Shown in pieces: positions 1-11,566 of a stretch of 64,000 bases of DNA. This DNA is from an uncultured Gammaproteobacteria bacterium. Its GTDB lineage: Bacteria; Pseudomonadota; Gammaproteobacteria; Steroidobacterales; Steroidobacteraceae. The position numbers were made by a program, and so were the translations under genes. The notes under the pieces were generated by a model. The model did not search any database. It saw only the letters and a program-made list of their open reading frames with translations, and was not told where the DNA came from. The stretch's first letter is position 1. Every line of letters starts with the position of its first letter. The stretch covers positions 344,645 through 408,644 of the forward strand of contig CAWCBA010000005.1 of NCBI GenBank assembly GCA_963793675.1. Reading direction: 5' to 3'.

Positions 1-1173
1 CACGAGATGCATGAGCACGCCGAACTTGGCGTCGCGGCGCACTGGCAATACAAGGAGGGCCGCAAGGCCGAAGCGAGCTTCCAGCAGAAAATGGTCTGGC
101 TGCGGCAACTGCTGGAACCTTCGCAGCGCGAGGGCGCAGAACCTGACCTGCTGGCCGGGCTGCAGGCGGAAGTGTTCGAAGACCGGGTCTTCGCCCTCAG
201 CCCCAAGGGCGAGGTCGTCGACTTGCCAAAGGGCGCCACGCCCCTCGATTTCGCCTACCAGGTGCACACCAACCTGGGTCATCGCTGCCGCGGCGCCCGC
301 GTCAACGGCCGCATGGTGACGCTCGACTTCAAGTTATCGAACGGCGACACCGTCGAAATCATTCCATCGAAGCAGCCGCATCCGAGCCGTGACTGGCTGC
401 TGCCGCAGCTCGGCTTCCTGGCATCGCCGCGCAGCCGCGCCAAGGTCCGCGCCTGGTTCCGCAAGCAGGACGAGGACCAGAATCGCGAGCAGGGCCGGCA
501 GATGCTCGAGCGCGAGCTGGACCGGCTGGGCGTACGTGCCCCGCCGCTGCCGGAAATCCTGGGCGACCTGGGTCTCGCGAATGCCGATGCGCTCTACCAG
601 GGCCTTGGCGAAGGCGACATCACGCTGGCACAGGTGGCCGGTGCGGTGCATCGCCGGTTGCATGAACACCAGGAGGTGCAGCGCGGCCCGCGACTCGCCA
701 AGCCGGCTGCGAACGGCGCCTCTGCCGGCATGGTCATCGACGGGGTCGGCGACCTGCTGAGCACGATTGCACGTTGCTGCCGGCCCGTGCCACCCGAGGA
801 AATCCTCGGCTACATCACGATCGGCCGCGGCGTGAGCATCCATCGCGCAACCTGCTCGAACCTGCTGCGACTGCGCGAGGTCAACCCCGAGCGCGTGCTG
901 ACCGTGGACTGGGGCCGGCCGTCGGAGGAGCGAACCTTCCCGGTCGGCATCCTGATCGATGCGTACGACCGGCGCGGGCTCGTGCGCGATATCTCGGGGG
1001 TACTCGCGGACGAGCACATCAGCATCGAGGCGATGAATACCGTGACGGACGCCGCGGACAACACGGCATCGGTCGACGTGACCGTGAAAGTGCACGGGCT
1101 CGAGGAACTGAGCCGCCTGCTCGCGCGCTTTTCGTCATTGCCGAGCGTGATCCGGGCCCGCCGCCGGCATTGA
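1..1173 (+). CDS. relA: GTP pyrophosphokinase RelA, C-terminal part (5' end outside window)
   Basis: The frame of ORF 7..1173 is open back to base 1. It shows a TGS region (LSPKGEVVDLPKGATPLDFAYQVHTNLGHRCRGARVNG), the RAKVRAWFRKQD linker, the IARCCRPVPPEEILGYITIGRGVSIHR motif and a C-terminal ACT-like domain, collinear with E. coli RelA. Confidence 0.9.
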   Translation, partial: HEMHEHAELGVAAHWQYKEGRKAEASFQQKMVWLRQLLEPSQREGAEPDLLAGLQAEVFEDRVFALSPKGEVVDLPKGATPLDFAYQVHTNLGHRCRGARVNGRMVTLDFKLSNGDTVEIIPSKQPHPSRDWLLPQLGFLASPRSRAKVRAWFRKQDEDQNREQGRQMLERELDRLGVRAPPLPEILGDLGLANADALYQGLGEGDITLAQVAGAVHRRLHEHQEVQRGPRLAKPAANGASAGMVIDGVGDLLSTIARCCRPVPPEEILGYITIGRGVSIHRATCSNLLRLREVNPERVLTVDWGRPSEERTFPVGILIDAYDRRGLVRDISGVLADEHISIEAMNTVTDAADNTASVDVTVKVHGLEELSRLLARFSSLPSVIRARRRH

Positions 1174-1187
1174 GGGCCGGTCACCCG

Positions 1188-2615
1188 TCAGCGATTGGGG
1201 AAATCGATCGCGCGCTTGTCCGCTCCGAGCGCCGCCTCGTGCAGCGCTTCGCTCAGCGTCGGATGCGCGTGCATCGTGCGCTGCAAGTCCTCGGTGCTGG
1301 CCGAATACTCCATCGCGAGCACGGCTTCAGCGATCAGTTCGCCCGCCATCGGGCCGATGATGTGCACGCCGAGAATTTCGTCGTCGTCCTTTGCCGCGAT
1401 GACCTTGCAGAATCCGGCCGGCGCTTCCATCGCGCGGGCGCGGCCGCTCGCCATGAACGGGAACGAGCCGACCTTGTAGTCGCGGCCGCTCGCCTTGACC
1501 TGTTCTTCGGTCTGGCCGACCCAGGCGATTTCCGGCGCGGTGTAGATCACGGACGGCACCGCCTTGTAGTTCACCTCGGAGTGCAGTCCCGCGATGAGGT
1601 CGCCGACCATGACCCCCTCCTCCTTGCCTTTGTGCGCCAGCATCGGGCCGCGCACGACATCGCCCACCGCCCAGACGTTGCCCGCACCCGTGTGGCACTC
1701 CTCATCGACCTGGATGAAGCCACGCTCGTCGAGCTTTACCCCGGTGCCTTCACCGAGCAATCCGTCCGTGAACGGACGGCGGCCAATCGCGACTACGACC
1801 TTGTCGACCGTGACCGTCTGCTCGCCCCTGGCGTCGGTGTACTTCAGCGCCACACCTTCCTTCCTGAGGTCCGCACCGCTGACCTTCGCGCCGAGACGGA
1901 TATCGAGACCCTGCTTCTTGAAGTGCTTCTGCGCCTCCCTGGCGACGGCCTGGTCGGCCATGGCGAGGAACTGGTCCAGTGCCTCGAGCACGACAACCTC
2001 GGCGCCGAGACGGCGCCACACGCTGCCGAGTTCGAGACCGATGACGCCGGCGCCGATGACGCCCAGGCGTTTCGGCACCGATCCGAACTCGAGCGCGCCC
2101 CAGGAATCGACCACCTGCTTGCCGTCGAACGGCAGCGACTTGAGCGCCATCGGCTGCGAGCCCGAAGCCAGCACGACGTGCTTCGCGACCAGTTCCTGCT
2201 TGCTGCCGTCGGGCGCGGTGTATTCGACGCGGTTGCCGGACAGCAGCTTGCCGTGGCCCTGCAGCGCCGTGACGCCCGCGGCCTTGAACAGCCCGGTAAT
2301 GCCCTGCGTGGACGCCTTGACGATGCCCGCCTTGCGCTTCTGCATCGTCGCAACGTCGAACGCGAGACCCGTCGCGGAGATGCCGTGCGCCGAAAACTCC
2401 GAGTGCGCGCGGTGATACAGCTCGGATGATTCGAGCAGCGCCTTCGACGGAATGCAGCCGGCGTTCAGGCAGGTGCCGCCAAACGCGTAGCTGCCGTCGT
2501 AGTTCCGCCACTCGTCGATGCAGGCGACCTTGAGCTTGTTCTGCGCCGCGCGGATCGCGCAGGGATAGCCGGCCGGGCCGGCGCCGATCACAACCACATC
2601 GTATGAATCAGGCAT
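1188..2615 (-). CDS. lpdA: dihydrolipoyl dehydrogenase (E3)
   Basis: 475-aa ORF with FAD fold VVVIGAGPAGY, redox disulfide GGTCLNAGCIPSK and C-terminal HAHPTLSE. It lies directly downstream of sucA-sucB. Confidence 0.95.
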   Translation of the reverse strand: MPDSYDVVVIGAGPAGYPCAIRAAQNKLKVACIDEWRNYDGSYAFGGTCLNAGCIPSKALLESSELYHRAHSEFSAHGISATGLAFDVATMQKRKAGIVKASTQGITGLFKAAGVTALQGHGKLLSGNRVEYTAPDGSKQELVAKHVVLASGSQPMALKSLPFDGKQVVDSWGALEFGSVPKRLGVIGAGVIGLELGSVWRRLGAEVVVLEALDQFLAMADQAVAREAQKHFKKQGLDIRLGAKVSGADLRKEGVALKYTDARGEQTVTVDKVVVAIGRRPFTDGLLGEGTGVKLDERGFIQVDEECHTGAGNVWAVGDVVRGPMLAHKGKEEGVMVGDLIAGLHSEVNYKAVPSVIYTAPEIAWVGQTEEQVKASGRDYKVGSFPFMASGRARAMEAPAGFCKVIAAKDDDEILGVHIIGPMAGELIAEAVLAMEYSASTEDLQRTMHAHPTLSEALHEAALGADKRAIDFPNR

Positions 2616-2627
2616 GGACGCTCCCGA

Positions 2628-3827
2628 TCAGATCTGCAACATCAGGCGCGCTGGGTCTTCCAGCGATTCCTTCACCGACACCAGGAACTGCACAGCTTCC
2701 TTGCCGTCGACGAGGCGGTGATCGTAGGAGAGCGCGAGATACATCATGGGCCGCACGACGACCTGGCCGTCGACGACGACCGGTCGCTCCTGGATCTTGT
2801 GCATGCCGAGGATCGCACTCTGCGGCATGTTGAGGATCGGAGTCGAGAGCAACGAGCCGAACACACCGCCGTTGGTGATCGTGAACGTGCCGCCGGTGAG
2901 TTCTTCGAGCGTCAACTGGCCTTCGCGTGCGCGCGTCGCGTACCCGACAACCGCCTTCTCGATTTCACCGAAACCGAGCTGGTCCGCATTGCGCAGCACC
3001 GGCACGACGAGGCCGCGCTCCGTCGAAACGGCGACCCCAACGTCGTAGAACTCGTGATAGACGATGTCGTTGCCGTCGACCGACGCGTTGACGACCGGGA
3101 AGCGCTTCAGCGCCTCGACGCACGCCTTGACGAAGAACGACATGAAGCCGAGGCGCGCGCCGTGCTCCTTCTCGAACTTTTCCTTGTAACGCGCGCGCAG
3201 CTCGTTGACAGCCTTCAGGTCGACCTCGTTGAACGTCGTCAGCATCGCGGCCGTCGACTGCGCCTGGATCAGGCGTTCCGCGATGCGCGCACGCAACCGC
3301 GTCATGGGCACGCGTCGCTCGCCCCGCTCACCCGCGGGGAGCGAAGCTGCCGGGGCTGCTGCAGGCCTGGCGGCCGGCGCGACCGCGGGCATTGCAGCGG
3401 GTACCGTACCCTTGTCAGCGAGATGGGTCAGCACGTCGCCCTTCGTGATGCGGCCATCGCGACCCGAGCCTGCGATCTCGGCCGGCGCGAGCTTGTGCTC
3501 CTCGACCAGGCGTCGTACCGAGGGTGCGAGCTTGTCGGAGTCCTTCTTTACCTCGCCCGCCGCGGTGGGAGTCGCAGGGGCAACGGCGCCCTCTTCGATA
3601 ACGGCCAGGATCTGCCCGCCGGTGACGGTCGCACCGTTCTGCACCTTGATTTCCCGGAGCACGCCGCTCACCGGCGCCGGCACTTCCAGCACGACCTTGT
3701 CCGTCTCGAGGTCGACGAGGTTCTCGTCGCGGTTGACGGCATCGCCGGGCTGCTTGCGCCACGCGACGAGCGTGGCGTCGGCCACCGACTCGGGCAGCTG
3801 CGGGACGCGGACTTCGATCGTGCTCAT
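2628..3827 (-). CDS. sucB: dihydrolipoamide succinyltransferase (E2 of 2-oxoglutarate dehydrogenase)
   Basis: The true start is [14 protein letters not shown] (ATG at 3827, overlapping the sucA stop as ATGA). It has a lipoyl domain ([13 protein letters not shown]), a PSBD ([12 protein letters not shown]) and catalytic DHRLVDG. The tracked ORF 2628..6218 is an upstream read-through. Confidence 0.95.
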   Translation of the reverse strand: MSTIEVRVPQLPESVADATLVAWRKQPGDAVNRDENLVDLETDKVVLEVPAPVSGVLREIKVQNGATVTGGQILAVIEEGAVAPATPTAAGEVKKDSDKLAPSVRRLVEEHKLAPAEIAGSGRDGRITKGDVLTHLADKGTVPAAMPAVAPAARPAAAPAASLPAGERGERRVPMTRLRARIAERLIQAQSTAAMLTTFNEVDLKAVNELRARYKEKFEKEHGARLGFMSFFVKACVEALKRFPVVNASVDGNDIVYHEFYDVGVAVSTERGLVVPVLRNADQLGFGEIEKAVVGYATRAREGQLTLEELTGGTFTITNGGVFGSLLSTPILNMPQSAILGMHKIQERPVVVDGQVVVRPMMYLALSYDHRLVDGKEAVQFLVSVKESLEDPARLMLQI

Positions 3828-6733
3828 GACTTCTTCCTGGTACTGGCCGTGGCGCGCAGACGTGGGGTGGAGCGCGCAGACTGTTCCTGCGTGGACGCGT
3901 TGATCGCCGCGGCAACGAGGCCATGCTGCTCCGTTGCATGCAGCTGCGGGATACCGGTAGCGGGAGCCGCGGCCGGACGGCGGCCCGAGTACAGCAACTC
4001 CTGGTTGCCCTTGAGCGATTCCTGCAGCCGGTGGCGGATCTGGTACCACGCACCCTGGTTTTGTGGCTCTTCCTGGCACCAGACGATCTCGCGCGCGTTC
4101 GGGTAATGCGCCAGCGCCGCGGCGTAATCCTCGGACGGGAACGGATAGAGTTGCTCGATGCGCACGATCGCGACGTTGCGGGCCTCGTCGGCGCGGCGCG
4201 CCTCGAGCAGGTCGAAGTAGACCTTGCCCGAGCAGAACACGACGCGCGTGACGTCCTTCGGCTGAAGCTCGTCGATTTCGTTCACGACGCACCGGAACGT
4301 GCCCTTGGTGAGTTCGTCGAACGCCGAGACCGACAGCTTGTGCCGCAGCAGGCTCTTCGGCGTCATGACGATCAGCGGCTTGCGGAACGAGCGCAGCATC
4401 TGCCGGCGCAGCATGTGGAACATCTGCCCGGGCGTGGACGGCACGCACACCTGCATGTTGTTCTCGGCACACAACTGCAGGAAGCGCTCGAGCCGGGCCG
4501 ACGAGTGCTCGGGCCCCTGCCCCTCGTAGCCGTGCGGCAGGAACAGCGTGAGCCCGCAGTAGCGGCCCCACTTCGCTTCGCCCGACGAAATGAACTGGTC
4601 GATGATCACCTGCGCCCCGTTCGCGAAGTCGCCGAACTGGCCTTCCCAGATCACCAGGCAATTGGGATCGGTGATCGAGTAGCCGTATTCGAAACCGAGC
4701 ACGGCTTCCTCGGACAGCAGCGAATCCGTCACGCGGAAGCGCGGCTGCCCGGGCTTCAGGTGCTTGAGCGGGATGTACGTAGCACCGGTGCCCTGGTCGT
4801 GACCAACCGCGTGCCGATGGAAAAACGTGCCGCGGCCGCTGTCCTGGCCTGTCAGGCGGATCTCGTAGCCTTCCTCGAGCAGGCTCGCGTAGGCCAGCGT
4901 CTCGGCGAAGCCCCAGTCGACCAGCACCTGGCCGGCCGCCATCTTGCGGCGGTCTTCCATGATCTTCTGCACCTGCCGCTGCAGGACGAAGCCTTCGGGA
5001 AACGTAGTGACCCTGGCCGCCAGGTCCTTCAATAGCGCCGGCTTCACGCCGGAACGGATTTCCTCGAACCAGTCGACGTCGTGGTACCTGGTCCAGTCGA
5101 CGGTGTGCTTGTTGCCGATGAGGCCGAGCACGTCCTTCGTCTGCGGCTTGCCGTCGTCGAGGCCGCGGCGGTATGCCTCGACCATTGCCTCGGCTTCCGT
5201 CGCGGCAATGACGCCTTCGGCCACCAGCGTGCCGGCGTAAATCTGGCGCGTGGTCGGCTTCTTGCGGATCGTCGCGTACATTACCGGCTGCGTCGCCGCG
5301 GGCTCGTCCGCTTCGTTGTGGCCGAGCCGGCGGTAGCAGACGAGGTCGATCACGACGTCCTTGTGGAACTTCATGCGGTAGTCGACCGCAAAGCGAGCGG
5401 CGAACACGACCGCCTCCGGATCGTCGCCGTTCACGTGCAGGATCGGCGCCTCGATCATCTTGGCGACATCGCTGCAGTACAGCGTCGAGCGCGTGTCCCT
5501 CGGGTCGTGCGTCGTGAAGCCGACCTGGTTGTTGACGATCAGGTGAATCGTGCCGCCCGTGTAGAACGCACGGGCCTGCGACATCTGCAGGGTTTCCTGG
5601 ATGACGCCCTGCCCGGCGAACGCCGAGTCGCCGTGAATCAGCACCGGCATCACCTTGTCGCCACGCTGGTCGCCGCGCCGCTCCTGTCGGGCACGCACCG
5701 AGCCTTCGACGACCGGATTGACGACCTCGAGGTGCGACGGGTTGAAGGCGAGCGCGACGTGGACGTTGCCCGCGGGCGTGCGTACGTCGCACGAGAAGCC
5801 CTTGTGATACTTGACGTCGCCGGACCCCTTGAGCTGCTTCAGGTCGTACTTGCCTTCGAATTCGGAGAACAGTTCCCCGGGCGACTTGCCGAGCACGTTG
5901 ACGAGCACGTTGAGCCGGCCGCGGTGCGCCATGCCGAAGACAATGTCCTCGACGCCGTTCGAGCCGCCGGACTGGATCAAGTCCTCGAGCAGCGGAATCA
6001 GGCTGTCGCCGCCTTCCAGCGAAAAACGCTTCTGCGCCGGGTAGCGCGTCGCGAGGTAGCGCTCCAGGCCTTCGGCCATGGTCAGGTGCTGCAGGATCTC
6101 CTTGCGCTCCTGGACCGAGAAATGCTGCCGCGTGCGGCCGACCTGGAAGTGCTCCTGCAACCACAGGCGCTCGGTCTCGTCGGATACGTGCGCGAACTCG
6201 GCGCCGATGGTGCCGCAATAGATCTGCTTCAGTTGCGCAATGATCTCGCGGAGCCGCAGGCGCGACTTGATTGCCTCGTTGCGACTGCCGGTCAGGAATT
6301 CGGTATCGAGGTCGGCATCCGTGAGGCCGAGGTAATCGAGCCCGAGCACTTTCGGCACCGGGCGCACCGTGAGACCGAGCGGATCGATGTTCGCTATCAG
6401 GTGTCCGCGGTTGGCGTAAATCTGGATGAGTCGCGAAACGGCGCCCTGCTTGGCCGCAACCGAATCGCCCAGCGGGGGCGAGCCGGCCGGACCGGCCGCG
6501 ATGGACCCCGCCGGCGACGGGCGACGCCCGGCCCTGGCGCGGCGCGCCAACTCTTCGATCAGGGGGCCGTGGGCAACGTCCTGGACGGAAGGGCCCAGGC
6601 TGGCAAAGAAATCACGCCAGCGCGCGTCAACCGAGTCCGGCTGCGCGAGATAACGCTCGTACATCGCCTCGACGTAGGCATCGTTTCCGGCCGCCAGCGG
6701 GGTGGCCGTCAGCATCGGTTTGGGTTCGGTCAT
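3824..6733 (-). CDS. sucA: 2-oxoglutarate dehydrogenase E1 component
   Basis: 969-aa ORF, collinear with SucA ([28 protein letters not shown], transketolase-like C-terminal half). Confidence 0.95.
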   Translation of the reverse strand: MTEPKPMLTATPLAAGNDAYVEAMYERYLAQPDSVDARWRDFFASLGPSVQDVAHGPLIEELARRARAGRRPSPAGSIAAGPAGSPPLGDSVAAKQGAVSRLIQIYANRGHLIANIDPLGLTVRPVPKVLGLDYLGLTDADLDTEFLTGSRNEAIKSRLRLREIIAQLKQIYCGTIGAEFAHVSDETERLWLQEHFQVGRTRQHFSVQERKEILQHLTMAEGLERYLATRYPAQKRFSLEGGDSLIPLLEDLIQSGGSNGVEDIVFGMAHRGRLNVLVNVLGKSPGELFSEFEGKYDLKQLKGSGDVKYHKGFSCDVRTPAGNVHVALAFNPSHLEVVNPVVEGSVRARQERRGDQRGDKVMPVLIHGDSAFAGQGVIQETLQMSQARAFYTGGTIHLIVNNQVGFTTHDPRDTRSTLYCSDVAKMIEAPILHVNGDDPEAVVFAARFAVDYRMKFHKDVVIDLVCYRRLGHNEADEPAATQPVMYATIRKKPTTRQIYAGTLVAEGVIAATEAEAMVEAYRRGLDDGKPQTKDVLGLIGNKHTVDWTRYHDVDWFEEIRSGVKPALLKDLAARVTTFPEGFVLQRQVQKIMEDRRKMAAGQVLVDWGFAETLAYASLLEEGYEIRLTGQDSGRGTFFHRHAVGHDQGTGATYIPLKHLKPGQPRFRVTDSLLSEEAVLGFEYGYSITDPNCLVIWEGQFGDFANGAQVIIDQFISSGEAKWGRYCGLTLFLPHGYEGQGPEHSSARLERFLQLCAENNMQVCVPSTPGQMFHMLRRQMLRSFRKPLIVMTPKSLLRHKLSVSAFDELTKGTFRCVVNEIDELQPKDVTRVVFCSGKVYFDLLEARRADEARNVAIVRIEQLYPFPSEDYAAALAHYPNAREIVWCQEEPQNQGAWYQIRHRLQESLKGNQELLYSGRRPAAAPATGIPQLHATEQHGLVAAAINASTQEQSARSTPRLRATASTRKKS

Positions 6734-6945
6734 CGCGTCCCGTTCGGATCCCGCCGGAGGTTGGATCCAGGCAATCGGTTCTGGAAAAAATGGCCGTGTA
6801 GTTTATCGAATTCGAGGGGCCTGGGCAGTAAACCGGCCCACCCGGCCAAGGTAAGCCATTCCGGGCCAGCTGACGGGTTACAGTCCGGTCGAGTTACCGC
6901 GCAGCAGCCGCCGTTCGCGGCTGCCCTACCCTGCATGGAGCATCG

Positions 6946-8013
6946 ATGTCGTTCTGGCACAAAGTCATCCCGATCGCCGCGGCGGGACTGCTGTTCGCCG
7001 CCTGGTGGCTGAACGGCGGGACACTGCTGACCGCTGCGAGCGCAGTCATGCTGCTGGCGGTCGTGGTCTCGGCGGTGCATCACGCCGAAGTCGTGGCACA
7101 TCGGGTCGGCGAGCCGTTCGGCACGCTGGTGCTGGCGCTCGCGATCACCGCGATCGAAGTGGCCCTGATCGTATCGCTGATGCTGGCCGCCGGCGAGGAA
7201 AAGGCCGCGCTTGCCCGTGACACGATCTATGCCACGGTCATGATCATCAGCAGCGGCGTGATCGGTATCTGCGTGCTGCTCGGCGGCCTGCGTCATCGCG
7301 AACAGTCGTTCCGGATCGAGGGCGCAGGCCCCGCACTCGCTGCACTGACGGCACTGGCGACGCTGGTATTGATTCTTCCCGTGTTCACGGTAAGCGCCCC
7401 CGGGGCCAGTTACACGACGACGCAACTCATTTTCGTGGCCTCGAGCTCGCTGCTGGTGTGGTGCGCATTCGTGTTCTTCCAGACGGTGCGGCATCGCGAC
7501 TACTTCCTGCCGGCGACCGATCCATCGAACGAGGCCGTGCATGCGGCGCCACCTTCGACGCCCGAGTCCTGGCTCAGCTTCGTGTTGCTGGTAATTGCAC
7601 TGGCCGCTGTCGTGGGTCTCGCCAAGCTGATCTCGCCCGCGATCACGGCTGCGGTCGTGGCTGCTGGAGCCCCGCGCGCGATCGTCGGCATCATCATCGC
7701 GATGGTGGTGCTGCTGCCAGAAAGCGTTTCCGCCATTCGCGCGGCGTTGAGCAACCGGCTGCAGACCAGCATGAATCTCGCTTTCGGCTCGGCGCTGGCC
7801 AGCATCGGCCTCACCATTCCGGTGGTCGTCATGGTCGCGATCCTGTTTGACCTGCCGCTCGTGCTGGGGCTCGAGCCCAAGGACATGATCCTGCTGGTGC
7901 TGAGCCTGATTGTCTGTTCGATCGGGCTCGGCAACGGCCGCACCAACATCATGCAGGGGGCCGTGCAGGTCGTGATCTTCGCCGCGTTCCTGTTCCTGTC
8001 GCTGGTTCCCTGA
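6946..8013 (+). CDS. chaA: calcium:proton antiporter (CaCA/ChaA family)
   Basis: 355-aa polytopic membrane ORF. HHAEVVAHRVGEPFGTLVLALAITAIEVALIVSLM closely parallels the E. coli ChaA alpha-repeat region. Confidence 0.85.
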   Translation: MSFWHKVIPIAAAGLLFAAWWLNGGTLLTAASAVMLLAVVVSAVHHAEVVAHRVGEPFGTLVLALAITAIEVALIVSLMLAAGEEKAALARDTIYATVMIISSGVIGICVLLGGLRHREQSFRIEGAGPALAALTALATLVLILPVFTVSAPGASYTTTQLIFVASSSLLVWCAFVFFQTVRHRDYFLPATDPSNEAVHAAPPSTPESWLSFVLLVIALAAVVGLAKLISPAITAAVVAAGAPRAIVGIIIAMVVLLPESVSAIRAALSNRLQTSMNLAFGSALASIGLTIPVVVMVAILFDLPLVLGLEPKDMILLVLSLIVCSIGLGNGRTNIMQGAVQVVIFAAFLFLSLVP

Positions 8014-8127
8014 GACAAAGGGGACCTCCATCAGCTCGACGTCACTCTCCGGGGTGTCTGCGACCCGCGCGGGCCACAGCCTTCCGCGCTAGACTCGGCG
8101 GACAGGCGGCAGGAGGAATCGAGCACG

Positions 8128-10114
8128 ATGTCGGAGGACGAGGGCATGCAGGGTGCAGGAACGCGCCCGACGGCATTCCTCAGTTATTCACACGCGGACC
8201 AGGACCGGGTCCGCCTGCTGGCCGACGCGCTCGAGCAGGCCGGCATCAGCGTCTGGTGGGACACGCTGATCGAGGGCGGGGCGGTCTTCGCGAAGTCCGT
8301 CGAGGTCGCCCTCGCCCGCTGCGACGCCGTGATCGTCGCCTGGTCGAAAGTCTCGGTGTCGTCCGACTGGGTGCTCGACGAGGCCGCGCAGGGACGCGAC
8401 ATGCGCAAACTGGTGCCGGTCTCGCTCGACGGCACGATGCCGCCCCTGGGATTCAGGCAGTACCTCTCGGTCGACCTGCTGGGCTGGCGCGGTGATGCCA
8501 ATGCATCGCAGATCGCGACCATCGTGCGTGGCGTCGAAGCTGTCGCGGGTCGGCTGAATGACGCTGCCGCACATCCGGGCAAGCTGCACGCACCGACCTC
8601 CCCGCCAGCTGCTCGCGCTGACGCGCCGCACGATGCTGCTGGCCACGGGCGGCACGGCGCTGGCCGGAGCGTTGGGAATCTTCGCGTGGCGCCGCGGTCG
8701 CCCCGATGGCGGCGCGACCACAGCGACGGGCAACAGCGTTGCGGTGCTGCCTTTCAAGAACATCAGCGGCGATACCAGCCAGGACTATTTCTCTGATGGA
8801 CTTTCCGAAGAACTGCGCTCGACCCTTGCCCGCAACCTGAAGCTGCAGGTAATGGCCCAGGCATCGTCCGCCATGTTCCGCGACCGCGCCGAGGATGCCG
8901 TGACGATCGCGTCGCGCCTCGGCGTGGCTTATCTGCTCGATGGTACGGTCCGGAAGTCGGGCGAAATCGCGCGCATCACCGCGGACCTGGTCGACGGACA
9001 CACCGGCTTCAGCCGGTGGTCGCAGAGCTTCGACCGTTCGCTGCACGACATCTTCGCCGTGCAGAGCGAAATTGCGCGTACCGTGGCCAGCGCGCTCGCG
9101 GCCGAGATGATACCCGACCCGAAGGTACCCGCAGGCAGCGCAGGCGCGCTCTCCGCCGAAGGCGGGACTCGCAGTGCCGAAGCCTATGACGCCTACCTGC
9201 GCGGCCGCGCACTCTACGACCTGAGCGTCGACGAAGCGTCGGAACGTGCCGCACTCGCACAATTCGACGAGGCCATCGCCACCGACCCAAACTATGCGCC
9301 GGCCCATGCGGCTCGCGCTCGCTCGCTGACGGCCATTGCCAACCAGTACGGCAAGGCCGGACAGTTGAAGGAACTGTACGAGTCCGCCATCGGATCGGCG
9401 CTGCGTGCGATCGACATCGCGCCCGGGCTCGCCGACGCCTACTCGACGCTCGGCTTCACCCTGTTCCAGGGACGACTGGATGCGCGCGGTGCGCGCCAAC
9501 CGTTCGAGCGCTCGAGGGAACTCGGCGCGGGCGAAGCCACCGTGCTGGCACGGTTCGCACAGTACTGTGCGCGCGTCGGCCGCAAGCAGGAAGCCGCGGA
9601 GTCGATCCGGCGCGCGCTGCTGCTCGACAAGTTGAATCCCCTGCTTTTTCGTGCCGCGAGCGCCATCGAGTACGCCGCGCGCAATTACGCCGCATCGATC
9701 CCACCGGCACGCCAGGCACTGAAGATGAACCCGCGCCTGTCGCGCGTGCATGCGGCGATCGGCGATGCGCTGGTCATGCTCGGTCGCGTCGACGAGGCCC
9801 GCAAGGAATACCTCGAGGAAACGGCCACCGATTTCGGGTTGACCGGCCTCGCCGTCGCAGAACACAGACTCGGCCACTCAAAGGCGTCGCACGAGGCCTT
9901 CGCGCGGGTCGAGCAGGAAGGCGACCGCTTGCTGTACCAGCAGGCCCAGGTCTTGTCGCAATGGGGCCAGCTCGACGTGGCGATCGGGCGCCTGCAACAG
10001 GCTCGCGCAATCGGCGACTCGGGACTCGTCTACGCGCGCAACGACCCGTTGCTCGATCCCCTGCGCAACGACCCCCGCTTCACGGAGTTGCTGAGGAGCA
10101 TCGGCTTCGAATAG
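8128..10114 (+). pseudogene. TIR domain / single TM / TolB-N-like / TPR receptor-like protein, split by an apparent +1 frameshift (as sequenced)
   Basis: ORF 8128..8796 (frame 1) carries a TIR_2-like domain (AFLSYSHADQDRVRLLADALEQAGISVWWD...SDWVLDEAAQG) and then degenerates. ORF 8558..10114 (frame 2) becomes protein-like at RQLLALTRRTMLLATGGTALAGALGIFAW (TM). It continues with NSVAVLPFKNISGD..YFSDGLSEEL and TPR repeats ending DPLRNDPRFTELLRSIGFE. One indel near the C4 run at 8600-8603 would fuse them. Confidence 0.75.
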
Positions 10115-10177
10115 GCTCGGCGCAGCCTCGCGACTGGGACGCCGGGCTTCATTCAACACAAATCGGGGGATAAGGTA

Positions 10178-10438
10178 ATGAAGGAAGCAATCAGGATCAG
10201 TGCTGTCGTCGCGGCTGCCCTGCTGCTGGCAGCCTGCGCGAAGAAAGAGGAAGCTGCGGCGCCGATGCCCGAGCCGGCAGCCAGCGCACCGGTCGAAGCG
10301 GCTCCGGCCGAGGCTGCACCAACCGAGGCCGCACCCATGGGCGAGGATTCGGCGACGGATGCTTCGCCTGCCATGGGCGAAGGTGAAGAAACTGAACGGG
10401 CCGGCGGCGACAAGGTCGCGCCCCAGGCCAGCCAGTGA
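10178..10438 (+). CDS. small Ala/Pro/Glu-rich lipoprotein
   Basis: 86-aa ORF with a signal peptide and lipobox (AALLLAAC) followed by a low-complexity acidic tail. A GGGGGA SD-like run lies upstream. Confidence 0.6.
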   Translation: MKEAIRISAVVAAALLLAACAKKEEAAAPMPEPAASAPVEAAPAEAAPTEAAPMGEDSATDASPAMGEGEETERAGGDKVAPQASQ

Positions 10439-10444
10439 CAGGTC

Positions 10445-10470
10445 GCAGGGCGGCAGCGATGCCGCCCTGC
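10445..10470. terminator. 11-bp perfect hairpin between convergent genes (no clear U-tract)
   Basis: gcagggcggca-gcga-tgccgccctgc, located between the lipoprotein stop (10438) and the GumN-like stop (10529). Confidence 0.4.
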
Positions 10471-10528
10471 GCTGGCGGTTGTCGTCACGACAAGCCGCGC
10501 AGGCCCCGAGCCTTTCCGGCTTCCTGGC

Positions 10529-11518
10529 TCAAGGGTCCGCAACGACGTATCCCCTCTTCTGCAGTTGGGCGACATAGCCGTTCGGCTTCAGGATCTCGTC
10601 CACGGACAACACGGCCACGGTGGACACATTGCCAGCGAGCGACTGCTCGGCCGCAGCGACCCATGCATTCCTGACGCGTTCCAGTACGTCGCCGTAACCC
10701 CGTTCCTGCACGAACGATGACTCCAGCATCACGCCGATGCATGCGCTCGCCCGTTCGATCGGCGCGAGTTGCTTCAAGCGCGCCACGTCGCCGACAGTCC
10801 ACGCATTTGCGCGCTCGCGCATCAGGTCGAGGTCGGACTCGAGTCGCTGCAGCGTGCGCGAGAAGCAGTCGACGTCGTCGAGCGGGGTCGACTTGAACTC
10901 CTTGATCGCGGACCGTGCCTTCTCCACCTTGATTTCGATTTCGGGTCTCGTGATCGGTACTCGCGCCTTGCGCGCGAGCTTCTCGACCGCGGGCCAGACC
11001 CCTTCGTAGGGCACCAGGTCGTTCTTCTTCAGCGCTGCGCGATACAGTTCCTGCGCGGCGAAGACTGGGCGCCAGTTCTCGACGCCGTCGTCATTCCCCA
11101 GGTAGCGCGCCTTGAGCGGCAGCCAGCGCGCATAGAGATCGGCAGGCACGACATCCTGCAGTCGCTTGCCGTCGGGATTGCTGCGCACACCGATCAACGA
11201 AGGCAGCAAGGTGACTCCACCCAGCGGCCCCGCGGAGGCACTGACCGACACGGGTGCGAGCACGGCCTGGGACGCCGCCAGCACGCCTGCCAGTTCGGTC
11301 GAGCGCCACTTCATTTTCTTTGGCAACGGGCTGTAATTGCCCAGGATCCACAGCACGTGTCCGTGCGGATCACCCGGGCGAGTCACCTTCCACAGTCCTG
11401 GCCCGGGTTGCTGGCCAGTGACCAGAACCTCCTCCAGCGCTTCGTCGGCGCCAACCGGCAGGGTGAGCAGGAAGGTGGCGCCCAGGACCAGCGCCAGCCA
11501 GCGGCAGCGAATGTTCAT
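10529..11518 (-). CDS. TraB/GumN family protein (secreted)
   Basis: ORF 10529..11563. The likely start is MNIRCRWLALVLGATFLL (ATG 11518, signal peptide). Family-like blocks include GPGLWKV..GHVLWILGNYSPLP and the C-terminal AVLSVDEILKPNGYVAQLQKRGY. Confidence 0.8.
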   Translation of the reverse strand: MNIRCRWLALVLGATFLLTLPVGADEALEEVLVTGQQPGPGLWKVTRPGDPHGHVLWILGNYSPLPKKMKWRSTELAGVLAASQAVLAPVSVSASAGPLGGVTLLPSLIGVRSNPDGKRLQDVVPADLYARWLPLKARYLGNDDGVENWRPVFAAQELYRAALKKNDLVPYEGVWPAVEKLARKARVPITRPEIEIKVEKARSAIKEFKSTPLDDVDCFSRTLQRLESDLDLMRERANAWTVGDVARLKQLAPIERASACIGVMLESSFVQERGYGDVLERVRNAWVAAAEQSLAGNVSTVAVLSVDEILKPNGYVAQLQKRGYVVADP

Positions 11519-11566
11519 GTCGCACCAGGGTAGCAGCCCGGGCTTCGTGCCCGGCATCGGCAATTG

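Noticed and set aside
2628-6218. 1196-aa ORF suggesting a giant SucB.
   Set aside because: Only the last 399 codons (from ATG 3827) are SucB. The upstream part is an alternative frame of sucA with junk composition.
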